Shown here piece after piece: positions 55,504 to 64,000 of a stretch of DNA of 64,000 nucleotides. The translations under genes and the position numbers were made by a program. The stretch lies in the sequence record OP123707.1, one strand, 5' to 3'. The notes under the pieces were generated by a model. The model saw only the letters and a program-made list of their open reading frames with translations, had not been told where the DNA came from and searched no databases. Each line of letters starts with the position of its first letter. The stretch's first letter is position 1.

Positions 55504-58065
55504 ATGGCAGGATTAGTAAAAGGGGCCTTATTAGAAGGCAGTGTTAAATACATCCCTGACGAGCCTTTAACGTTGGTGTTGAAACGAGATGACGGTGAAC
55601 CTGATGTCAACGTGGTCACTGATGACCAAGGTGCTTGGAAAGTGTTGGTCGGATCGTTAAACCCAGGCGTGGTAAACTTTACGTTTTACCTAGATGGTGT
55701 GTCGTTGGGCTCCAATGCAATTAACTTTGTTACTTGTACTGGGATTCAATACTTACCATTCTCGGATGACCGTTTGCCACAAGGTCACGACGCTCACGTT
55801 TATGTTGTGGTGTTGGATGGTGCGGGTGAACGTCTTGCTGGCGCTGGTGTTGAGTTTAAGAACGAAGACACTGGTGAGTCGCTGGGTACGGGTGTAACCG
55901 ATCACTTGGGGATTGCTGATGTAGTCATTCCAGGTTTGGAAGCACCGGGTTCACTCAATGTGAAGACCAGTAGCGGGGCATTCTCTGCGTCAGGCACAAT
56001 CACATGGCATGACGGAACTGAAGCCACTCCAATGGACGTGAAGGAATTCGCGTACACCACGGAAGTGAACTCTGCGTTAGCGGGTACGATTGTAGGTCGT
56101 GTGGTGGATCAAAATGATCAACCGGTAGAAAACGCAACATTCGAACTTTATGACTTGGATGACTTAGCGGCAAATACCATCGACCTTTACACTCATCCAG
56201 GGGATTGGGTGCAACACACCGTACCGGTTGAAACCGAAGGCACTCACGAGTACATGGCTTACGTTGGCGGTGTTAAACGTCGCGTTACTATGGACTGGGG
56301 TGCTGGTTATGAAAACGTGGTTCCTGTAACAGCTGAGTTGTTATCAGACATCGACTGTATCTTCCCTTACGACGCTGCACCGGTTCTTAAGTATGCGCTT
56401 AAAGATGGTGACGGTAATAGTATCGGTAGTGCTGGCTTCGAGTTTTGTCGTATCGGTGAAACGTGGGATGGTTGGTCGCGTAACACCATGAGTGGCCCAG
56501 ACGGTATCGTTACCGCACCGTTGAGCTGGCGTGTGATCACAAGCCGTACGTTTAACCTCAGAAGTAATGTGGGGAACACTACGTTGTGGTCTTCTCAGAT
56601 CTTCTTTGATGCGGTGAAGGGTCCAGTGGAAGCGTGGAAGACTCAAAACCCTAAAGTCAATGAAGCGGGTAAACTTGGGTTTGTTATCCGAGACATGAAC
56701 GACCGTCCAATTGACGGTAAGATGTATGTCAAGCTTTTGGAAACAACCCCAGGGAACATCAACTCTGTTGAAGCTAAGAGTAATGAGTTTGGCGTGGTGG
56801 AATTCACAGTTCCTTATGTCGATGGGTTCGATAATCGTACATTCAAGGCAATCATCCCGGGTGCAGCTGAAGCCGATGCTTCACTTACTTGGGTAAATGA
56901 TGCGAGCTTAGTTCCTACCACGATCAACGTAGATCCACTGGGTGCGGAGTTCGACCAAACAGTGGGTGTGACGATTACTGGTACGTTGTTGGATCAAAAC
57001 GGTGACCCGATTGCGGGAGCGATCACGGTTTACGATTCGGTGCGAAAAGGTAGCGTTGTAGAAAACACTAACCCTGACGGAACGTTCAGTTTCGTTTACA
57101 ATGGGGAACGTGGACAACACCACTTATTCATCCAGTCTGGTAATGCAGTTGTTGAGCACCGATTCCTTGGTAAGGGTGTGCGTACTTTGGAATTCATTCC
57201 AGGCACAACCGAAGTCATTCCTTACAACTCATTCGCGTACTTCGCAACACGAGTTCGTGATGAGTATGGTAATGACATTCCTAGCTCCAACATCCAGTAC
57301 TTCTGGGATGCGGAGTTAACGGAAGCCGCTGGTTCGGTGGGCACGTTCAGTAAACGCGTTTCTAAACTCAACGTATCTTGGTCTAACTCGAATGGACGTT
57401 CTGAGATCTATGCGGTGTTTGAAGATCTTGTAGCTTCTCATTCGTTCACTCGTACTGCTGCGCTGGAAGACTTGAACTACAAAGTTTTGGTCTCTAAGAA
57501 CTCGTCTTACTTACCTCCTCGTAACATGGGTCATATCGGCGGGATCATTTCGAATAATGCTGGTGTTCCTATTTCAGATCCATTCACCATCAGAATCTAC
57601 GATCCAGTCGCGGATACTTTGGATGTATACGACAATGTCCTGGATGCGAATGGTCGCTTTAAGGTTCCTATTCTTCCTAAGAAACACGACAGCAACCGTA
57701 AGTTGTATGTTTCGTTTGGTGGGATCTTATGGGAAATGAGTATGGAATACGACCACACCAACTGGATGGAACCTTACGGGGAAGCGGTCTTAGATCCTAT
57801 TCCGGACATCACAGCCAACGTTGCGTTTGACATCACCGGTACGATGAAGAACCAAGATGGTAGTGCGTGGACAGGATCCGGCGGGAACCTATTGATGCGA
57901 GTTGAAATTTATCAAGGTGGTTCTTACTTAGGTAATAAGTCTGGGTACGTCGGGGAAGATGGTCGATTCACTATCAGTCCAACAATTACTGCCGCTGGTA
58001 ACTACCAGCTATGGTTAATGACTTCCGACAGTGATTTCTTTGAAATTATTGACGTGACAGTTTAA
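55504..58065 (+). CDS. Ig-like repeat fibre/adhesin protein 4 (853 aa)
   Basis: AAGGA RBS. KRDDGEPD...DQGAW N-terminal module. Confidence 0.7.
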   Translation: MAGLVKGALLEGSVKYIPDEPLTLVLKRDDGEPDVNVVTDDQGAWKVLVGSLNPGVVNFTFYLDGVSLGSNAINFVTCTGIQYLPFSDDRLPQGHDAHVYVVVLDGAGERLAGAGVEFKNEDTGESLGTGVTDHLGIADVVIPGLEAPGSLNVKTSSGAFSASGTITWHDGTEATPMDVKEFAYTTEVNSALAGTIVGRVVDQNDQPVENATFELYDLDDLAANTIDLYTHPGDWVQHTVPVETEGTHEYMAYVGGVKRRVTMDWGAGYENVVPVTAELLSDIDCIFPYDAAPVLKYALKDGDGNSIGSAGFEFCRIGETWDGWSRNTMSGPDGIVTAPLSWRVITSRTFNLRSNVGNTTLWSSQIFFDAVKGPVEAWKTQNPKVNEAGKLGFVIRDMNDRPIDGKMYVKLLETTPGNINSVEAKSNEFGVVEFTVPYVDGFDNRTFKAIIPGAAEADASLTWVNDASLVPTTINVDPLGAEFDQTVGVTITGTLLDQNGDPIAGAITVYDSVRKGSVVENTNPDGTFSFVYNGERGQHHLFIQSGNAVVEHRFLGKGVRTLEFIPGTTEVIPYNSFAYFATRVRDEYGNDIPSSNIQYFWDAELTEAAGSVGTFSKRVSKLNVSWSNSNGRSEIYAVFEDLVASHSFTRTAALEDLNYKVLVSKNSSYLPPRNMGHIGGIISNNAGVPISDPFTIRIYDPVADTLDVYDNVLDANGRFKVPILPKKHDSNRKLYVSFGGILWEMSMEYDHTNWMEPYGEAVLDPIPDITANVAFDITGTMKNQDGSAWTGSGGNLLMRVEIYQGGSYLGNKSGYVGEDGRFTISPTITAAGNYQLWLMTSDSDFFEIIDVTV

Positions 58066-58084
58066 ACCATGATTTAACTGAAGT

Positions 58085-58119
58085 ATAAATAATCAGGGAC
58101 TTAGTCCCTGATTATTTAT
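58085..58119 (+). terminator. Terminator
   Basis: 16-bp stem ATAAATAATCAGGGAC / GTCCCTGATTATTTAT. Confidence 0.8.
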
Positions 58120-58226
58120 TTTCACTCATTTATTAAAATTAATTGTAAAGGGGACGTTCATGAATTCGTAGAAGTCTAGTTGTAACGAACAATGGACACA
58201 CCCTTAGGGTAAAGAAGGAATTTATT

Positions 58227-61200
58227 ATGGCAACTATTGTCATTAACAGTATTTTAGACGCTGACGGCAATCCAGTAACTCTGGCTGGGTCCGGGATCAT
58301 CACCGGGGTACGAAGTGATGGTGAACCTGATATTACAGTAACGCCCAATCCTGATGGTACGTGGTCTTTTGACTTCACGGCTACTCAACCGGGTAACTGT
58401 GTTATTTCTTTTATGTATGGTGACGTTAAGATCACCGAATACGTTATGAAGTTTGTCGATGATGTTACGGTCATCATTCTTCCTAGAACGACCGCTGAGG
58501 TACTTCAAGGTACTAATGGGTTAATTGCATGTCAAATCACTGACGACGAAGGTACGGTCATTCCTAACGTCCCTGTGCAGTTCTTTGAACCAGTGCAAGG
58601 TAGTGAACCTCTAGAAACACTCACTACCAACTCACTCGGGGAAGTTGAGTGGACCGTCTCCTCCATCAATGGGGTTGGAGAAGAAAGTTTAGGTGCTCGT
58701 AATTTTGAAATTGTGGCGGCGCAACAAACGGTCGTGCAGTCAATCACGTGGATTGTGACAATACCCGAATTCGCTAAATTGAATGTGCTTTGGCACAGTA
58801 GCACCAGTGTTAACCCTGGTCAATTAACGTCTTTAGCTTCTGGAGCTTACACCAGTGGTTGGGATGGTGTCGGGGGTGTTCCTATTGAACTCTGGGACGA
58901 CAACAACAATGTTAAGGTTTCAGAAGGGACAACCGATGTAGGTGGTGAGTTTTATTACGAGCGTTTTGAAGGGCAGTCTATTAATGACCCAAATCTAGCG
59001 CCTGATAAATACTCAGTGAAGGTAGGGGATGAATACAACACCCATTGGGTTTATCGTAACATCGAATACCCTATTGCTGATACGTGGGTGGACGTAGTAG
59101 CTCCTGATGTAATACCAGCGGGCAAGACCGCTTACTTGACAGCCAAGGCACTAGAGCGCAATGGGAACCCATCTGTTGAAGATTCAATGATGGCATGGAT
59201 TGCGGGAGAGGCTACCACCGACGGTTGGTCGACTGCCTTTTATAAAGGGGAAGCGGGACTCAGACTTCCAGTACTTCCAGTGGGAACCCATAAGTTGGTT
59301 ATCCATGAGTACACTTACGGCGGGGCATTCCTACCTATCGAAGTTACGGTGTCTGATCAAGTAACACCAAGTGTTGCATCCGGTATTGTGATCGACGAAA
59401 ACCACAGCACACGTTTTGCTGCGGCATCTCATAGCGTTCCTATTATTGGACACTTATTGGACGAGAACGGAGACGTCTTAAAACCGAACTGGATGTTGAA
59501 CCTTAAAGCTAAAAACTTAGCTACCGGCAGCTCTTACGCGTTCAAAGTCAAACCTGATGGTACATTTGAAGTTAACGTCAGAGGAACGAACGAAGGTGCT
59601 AACAACATTGAGTTCTATGACGCAGACACAAACGTGGTCTTGGGTGAAGTTTACGCTTTTGAGGTGAAGTCGAATATGGTGGCGGAACTTTCAGCTTGCG
59701 CGACTATCCGTCCTGTTTCCGGTGAACCGGCAACACTTATTGCTCGTGCAGTAGACTCAGGTGGCAATCCAGTTAAAGGGGCTTATGTCCAGATTAAAAA
59801 TGTGGGCAACAAGTATGACGTGTACGATGAAGGGATTACTGATGAGAATGGGTACATTGAAGTTAAGTTGTACGATTACAAACTTTATCCTTCGATGACG
59901 TTCCAAACTCGATTTAAATCCACTTATGGTGCGGTTCAAATCCCAGTTGGGTGGGCGCAGGAAGGTGAATTGACAGCTTCACAATTCACTAATCTTTCAA
60001 TTCCAGAAGGTGTTCCGCCTGGAACAGAGTTTACGTTCACTGGTAAAATAGCCGATCAAAATGGAGACCCATATCCAGGAAGTCAGGTTATTGTTCTGGA
60101 TAAGAAAGAAGGTGTTGAGGTAAGTGCAACGGTTCAAGCCGATGGTACTTTCTCGGCGACACTTACCCCCACAGTAGAAGGTCCACATCCACTGGTGATT
60201 GCGGGCAATGGTGTAATTGCTCGTCATGAACTTAATGTCAGTAATCCTAAATTAGATGTACTTGATAATTCACCTACTTGGGTTGGTGCCGGGATAGATG
60301 GTAACATATACGCGGCAGTGGTTGAGAGTGATGGAACCCCAGTTCCAAATACCACCATTGACTTTTACGCCTCAACATATGACTCTTCTCCAACGCAAAC
60401 TATCGTAACGGATGAGACGGGTATTGCACACTTTGTTATTCCAGCGGAAGATCCTGTTTGGGGCGGAATCAACTTAGGGGAATATACGTATAAATTAGGG
60501 TGGGGTTCGGAAACGAAATTGTGGAGAATCACATGGCATGAGGTGGAAGGTCCGTTGTATCAAATCTGGGAAGCACCGTACAGCACTAAACGTGGTTCGT
60601 ATGGCGCAACCAGTGAGATAATTGCAGCGAGTGCGCGCTCAGCCAGTGGTTTCCCAATGCCAGGTGAAACCTTAACGTTGCACGAAAGGGATACTGATGC
60701 TTTATTGGGAACCGCAGTAACTGACCAATATGGTTATGCGGAATTCACCATCAGTTCACCGACTAGTGATCCAGAAGATCAAACTGTGAGTACTTATGAA
60801 TACTACGTGTTCAAGTCAGGAGATGAAAGTATAAGTCTCGAGGTTGATTTACGCCGTGACAAATGGCTCACTACAGTTCCTGGTGGAATAGAGAATATTC
60901 AGGTCCCTACAGAGATCCCAGTAGGTAAGAAGGTTATGATTGGTGCGGATTTACTTGATGTCTATGGTAAACCATTGCCGAATCCTGTTGGGTTCTCCAC
61001 TTGGTCTAAGGAACAAGATGAGTCATTATTTGGTTTAGGAAGCGGTACCAGTGGTCTTTACAATCATGCTTTGACTTTGGTTAACACCAACAACTTACCG
61101 GTTGGGACTCACAGTCTTATTCTTTATGGTGGGTTGAGCAATGGTCCACTCGCAGAGATTGAACTAAACATCTCTGATACTGTGGTAGCTTCGGAAATGG

Positions 61201-61793
61201 GTAATATCGTATTTGACGGTAACAACCCGACTGTCGCCCGGAAAAATCAAAAGTTCACGATCTGGGGTAGGGCTTTAGATGTGAATGGCGACCCGATAGA
61301 AATCAACCATTATTCACGTGTTAGTGGAAAACATACCGTAGAAGGCAGAGGTAGTTACGGAAGAGTTAATCCAGATGGCACCTTTACAATGCAATTAGAT
61401 ACTTATACTCTTGGAACAGCCGTGTACGAGTTCCATGATTACGTCCATGAAGACGGGTGGGTTTTCCCACAAACTTTTAGTATCGAGATCCGTGATGATA
61501 TTTTGGCGGACATGACGGACGGACCTGCTCTTAACCCAGCTTATGGGGAAACGGTCACGCTTACCGCTCGCGTTCTGGATGATTTAGGAAACCCAGTCGC
61601 AGGCGTGATGGTACCTTTCATTGATTGGGCAACAGGCAAACAATGGGGACATGGCATATCTGATGCCGACGGTTATGCAAGTTTTGATTTAATTCATCGT
61701 GAACAATACACGTCGATTGAGTTTTACACCAAACTTAGTAGCACCACCGCTTCAGTAAACAGAACCACTGTTACTTGGGCTGATCCTGTCTAA
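58227..61793 (+). CDS. Ig-like repeat fibre/adhesin protein 5 (1188 aa)
   Basis: AAGGA RBS. N-terminus closely paralogous to protein 1 (ILDADG.P...ITG.RSDG..DIT....DGTW.FD...I.FMYG). Confidence 0.75.
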   Translation: MATIVINSILDADGNPVTLAGSGIITGVRSDGEPDITVTPNPDGTWSFDFTATQPGNCVISFMYGDVKITEYVMKFVDDVTVIILPRTTAEVLQGTNGLIACQITDDEGTVIPNVPVQFFEPVQGSEPLETLTTNSLGEVEWTVSSINGVGEESLGARNFEIVAAQQTVVQSITWIVTIPEFAKLNVLWHSSTSVNPGQLTSLASGAYTSGWDGVGGVPIELWDDNNNVKVSEGTTDVGGEFYYERFEGQSINDPNLAPDKYSVKVGDEYNTHWVYRNIEYPIADTWVDVVAPDVIPAGKTAYLTAKALERNGNPSVEDSMMAWIAGEATTDGWSTAFYKGEAGLRLPVLPVGTHKLVIHEYTYGGAFLPIEVTVSDQVTPSVASGIVIDENHSTRFAAASHSVPIIGHLLDENGDVLKPNWMLNLKAKNLATGSSYAFKVKPDGTFEVNVRGTNEGANNIEFYDADTNVVLGEVYAFEVKSNMVAELSACATIRPVSGEPATLIARAVDSGGNPVKGAYVQIKNVGNKYDVYDEGITDENGYIEVKLYDYKLYPSMTFQTRFKSTYGAVQIPVGWAQEGELTASQFTNLSIPEGVPPGTEFTFTGKIADQNGDPYPGSQVIVLDKKEGVEVSATVQADGTFSATLTPTVEGPHPLVIAGNGVIARHELNVSNPKLDVLDNSPTWVGAGIDGNIYAAVVESDGTPVPNTTIDFYASTYDSSPTQTIVTDETGIAHFVIPAEDPVWGGINLGEYTYKLGWGSETKLWRITWHEVEGPLYQIWEAPYSTKRGSYGATSEIIAASARSASGFPMPGETLTLHERDTDALLGTAVTDQYGYAEFTISSPTSDPEDQTVSTYEYYVFKSGDESISLEVDLRRDKWLTTVPGGIENIQVPTEIPVGKKVMIGADLLDVYGKPLPNPVGFSTWSKEQDESLFGLGSGTSGLYNHALTLVNTNNLPVGTHSLILYGGLSNGPLAEIELNISDTVVASEMGNIVFDGNNPTVARKNQKFTIWGRALDVNGDPIEINHYSRVSGKHTVEGRGSYGRVNPDGTFTMQLDTYTLGTAVYEFHDYVHEDGWVFPQTFSIEIRDDILADMTDGPALNPAYGETVTLTARVLDDLGNPVAGVMVPFIDWATGKQWGHGISDADGYASFDLIHREQYTSIEFYTKLSSTTASVNRTTVTWADPV

Positions 61794-61804
61794 CTAAAAA
61801 AAAC

Positions 61805-61838
61805 ATAACCGAGTGGAGTGAAAGCTCCACTCGGTTAT
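61805..61838 (+). terminator. Terminator
   Basis: 14-bp stem ATAACCGAGTGGAG / CTCCACTCGGTTAT followed by TT. Confidence 0.8.
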
Positions 61839-61881
61839 TTATGCATCGTATAGAGCCCTAGCCATTAAGCAAGGAGTTATC

Positions 61882-64000
61882 ATGGGTGCCCCATTAGAAT
61901 TCAATTTAGAGCAACAAGAACAAGTTTTAAAGTACTTAAAGATACAATCTGAGATCTTACCTAAGCAAATGGTCGACGACCCGTCTGACGACGTTCCAGA
62001 GCGTTCTTGGGAAGAACTGTTACAAAGTCACTGGGAAGAAGATTCCTTAAAGTCCATTAAGACGGTTCGTTTCTTAAAAGACTTCCAACGTTATAAAGCA
62101 CGACCAGATCTTAAGACTTCTAATAAGTCGTTCATTCGTACCATGGAAGTGTTCCGTAAGATGGGAATTAAGAACTGTGCTTTCCACTTACAACTGAACA
62201 ACCCGGCTTTAGTAGGTGTGGATCCACGGGATCCAAATCTGACCGATGATCAACGTTTGATGATCATGAAGGAGATGAAAGAGAACTTCTGGTATTTCTT
62301 ACGAGAAGTCTGTCATTTGAATGGTGGTATTCGTTTCCGTGCCAACCGTGCGAACATCAGTTTTGCTTGGTGTTGGTTGAACCACTTAACTACCATGTTG
62401 ATCCTCCCTCGCCAGCAAGGTAAAGAACTCTCCGTAGATGCGAAAGTGAAAACCCCAGAAGGTTGGAAGCGTAATGGGGATTTGGTTAAAGGTGATTTAC
62501 TCACCATGCCGGATGGCACCCACCGTCGAGTAAAGGGTGTGTATCATCAAGGAGTGAAACACCTTTATGAAGTGACCTTTGAAGATGACCGTAGTGTTAA
62601 AGCCGGTGCGGAACACTTGTGGAAAGTCTTTAATGAAAAGACCCGTAGTTGGCATGTGATGTCCACTCACGAAATGGTAGATGAGTTATGTCGTGATGTC
62701 CAGTTAAGCATTCCTTTGGTTGCACCTGATCAAGGTCCTGAAATCGATCTTCCGGTAAACCCTTGGTTGATGGGTGTAATCCACAGTGAAGGTGGAATGA
62801 CTGCTAGTTTGTTGAAACTACGTGGTGAAGATCATTACGTAGAATACAAAGCCAAGCGTTTGATTGAAAAGCATGAAGGGAGTTTGGTTGCAGGGAAAAC
62901 CATTCCCGAGATTTACTTCCGGGCATCTTACCGTCAACGCCTTCAGGTCGTTCAGGGGTTGATGGACGTAAATGGCTCTGCAAGCCCCGCTGGGACCATT
63001 GTTTGGAAAGGTCATAACCAAGCCTTGATGGAACAGATGAAGATGCTCCTGAGAAGCGTAGGGGCGGTATGTGAGGTAATAGATGAGAAGCGTTTCTGTC
63101 TTCGTATCAAGTTCCACGCACCAACTACGTTATTCAGCTCTCCATCCAAGCAGTCTCGCATCCCAGAAGGGTTTGTAAACACACGTTTGGGACTGAAGGA
63201 CATCGAACCAGTAGGAAAAGAAGAAGCGGTCTGTATTGAAGTCGATCATCCTGATCACCTTTACATCACCAACGACTTTATCGTCACCCACAACACGGTA
63301 ACTGCTCAGTGTATCTTCTTTTGGTTAACGTACATCAGTGGTCGGGCTTATGAATCTCACTTGATCACACTGAAAGATGATAACCGTCAACAATTCGTTG
63401 ACGCGATCAAAGGCATCCGTAACAACATCCCAGCGTGGATGACTAACGTGACCTACCGAGATAAAGATGCGGGTAACTCCTTAACTTACTCCGCCTTTGG
63501 TGATGAGGTTAAGAACAAACTCACGATCTCGGTCCCTCAGATCGGTCAAGAGGCTGCACGGAACGTGGGTCGTGGTTTGACCATCAAGTCTCGTTTCATA
63601 GATGAGCCTGCGTACATCAAGTGGATGGAAGAGATCCTCAACGGTGCAGGTCCTTCGACACTAACAGCTCGTGAGAATGCTCGACGTCTGGACGAACCAT
63701 ATGCGACAGGCTTCATCACAACCCCTGCCAGTATCCTAACGGAATCTGGGGCGTACATGTACAACATCCTGATGGAGTCAACGGAATGGCGTGAAAACTA
63801 TTTCGACACCTACAGTGAATCGCACTTGTACGACGTGTTGTTGAAGAATGCACCTAAGGCTACGACCAGTCCTTCAGTAGGTATGGTGTTCAACTACCTA
63901 CAGCTTGGTAAGAACCGAGATTGGGTGAAGAAGACCATCGATGAACTGAAGCTCTCGCTCAGTGAGGCTAAGATCGACTTGCTGTTGATGTGGGACGACA
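61882..64000 (+). CDS. terL: Terminase large subunit (phiKZ gp25-like), intein-interrupted, 3' end outside window; absent from ORF track
   Basis: AAGGAG RBS. NFWYFLRE, FRANR, Walker A LPRQQGK|T, GRGLT, Walker B RFIDE and ITTP coupling motif, all in one frame. Confidence 0.92.
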   Translation, partial: MGAPLEFNLEQQEQVLKYLKIQSEILPKQMVDDPSDDVPERSWEELLQSHWEEDSLKSIKTVRFLKDFQRYKARPDLKTSNKSFIRTMEVFRKMGIKNCAFHLQLNNPALVGVDPRDPNLTDDQRLMIMKEMKENFWYFLREVCHLNGGIRFRANRANISFAWCWLNHLTTMLILPRQQGKELSVDAKVKTPEGWKRNGDLVKGDLLTMPDGTHRRVKGVYHQGVKHLYEVTFEDDRSVKAGAEHLWKVFNEKTRSWHVMSTHEMVDELCRDVQLSIPLVAPDQGPEIDLPVNPWLMGVIHSEGGMTASLLKLRGEDHYVEYKAKRLIEKHEGSLVAGKTIPEIYFRASYRQRLQVVQGLMDVNGSASPAGTIVWKGHNQALMEQMKMLLRSVGAVCEVIDEKRFCLRIKFHAPTTLFSSPSKQSRIPEGFVNTRLGLKDIEPVGKEEAVCIEVDHPDHLYITNDFIVTHNTVTAQCIFFWLTYISGRAYESHLITLKDDNRQQFVDAIKGIRNNIPAWMTNVTYRDKDAGNSLTYSAFGDEVKNKLTISVPQIGQEAARNVGRGLTIKSRFIDEPAYIKWMEEILNGAGPSTLTARENARRLDEPYATGFITTPASILTESGAYMYNILMESTEWRENYFDTYSESHLYDVLLKNAPKATTSPSVGMVFNYLQLGKNRDWVKKTIDELKLSLSEAKIDLLLMWDD
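62425..63294 (+). mobile_element. Intein (290 aa) in the terminase Walker A motif; class 3 signature
   Basis: Block A ELSVDAKVKTPEGW..NGDL..GD; block B AGAEHLW; block F AVCIEV; block G YITNDFIVTHN followed by +1 Thr. Removal restores GK-T. Confidence 0.9.

Noticed and set aside
35326-61793. Diversity-generating retroelement or shufflon acting on the fibre genes
   Set aside because: No reverse transcriptase or recombinase is in the window, all genes share one orientation, and I saw no long near-identical nucleotide repeats or adenine-specific variation. The paralogues are similar only at protein level.
15780-61838. Recurrent hairpins as a CRISPR-like or REP-like repeat family
   Set aside because: The stems differ in sequence, are not regularly spaced, and each sits just after a stop codon, so they are ordinary terminators.
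1-64000. tRNA or rRNA genes
   Set aside because: No cloverleaf or T-loop signature was seen in any intergenic gap, and the gaps are mostly under 170 bp. tRNAscan-SE would confirm.

Overview
This window is 64 kb of a phiKZ-like (Chimalliviridae-type) jumbo phage genome. The assignment rests on split virion RNA polymerase subunits, a gp175-type prohead protease, tail sheath and tube genes, and a gp25-type terminase, all in the gene order known from phiKZ and SPN3US. From left to right: (1) a minus-strand tape-measure/gp181-like ORF of at least 1879 codons that runs off the left edge and is missing from the ORF track; (2) a late block with vRNAP beta'N and betaN, a lytic transglycosylase, a head protein, a probable beta'C and the prohead protease; (3) a 13-kb early/accessory block with a repeated phage promoter motif, many membrane-anchored small proteins, DHFR, an HD protein, a thymidylate synthase split by a td-like group I intron carrying a GIY-YIG endonuclease, and an HslV/proteasome-like gene pair; (4) tail tube and sheath (minus strand) and two conserved virion genes; (5) about 26 kb of Ig-like repeat genes; (6) the terminase large subunit, also missing from the track, with a class 3-type intein starting with Glu. 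The strongest candidate for an undescribed system is block 5. A conserved virion protein is fused to a long Ig-like chain that ends in three dangling strand-like repeats. It is followed by five separately terminated paralogues whose first domain is truncated at the same register, which suggests branched fibres assembled by strand complementation. Homologue names come from recalled motifs and synteny, not database searches. No tRNA, rRNA or CRISPR array was recognised.
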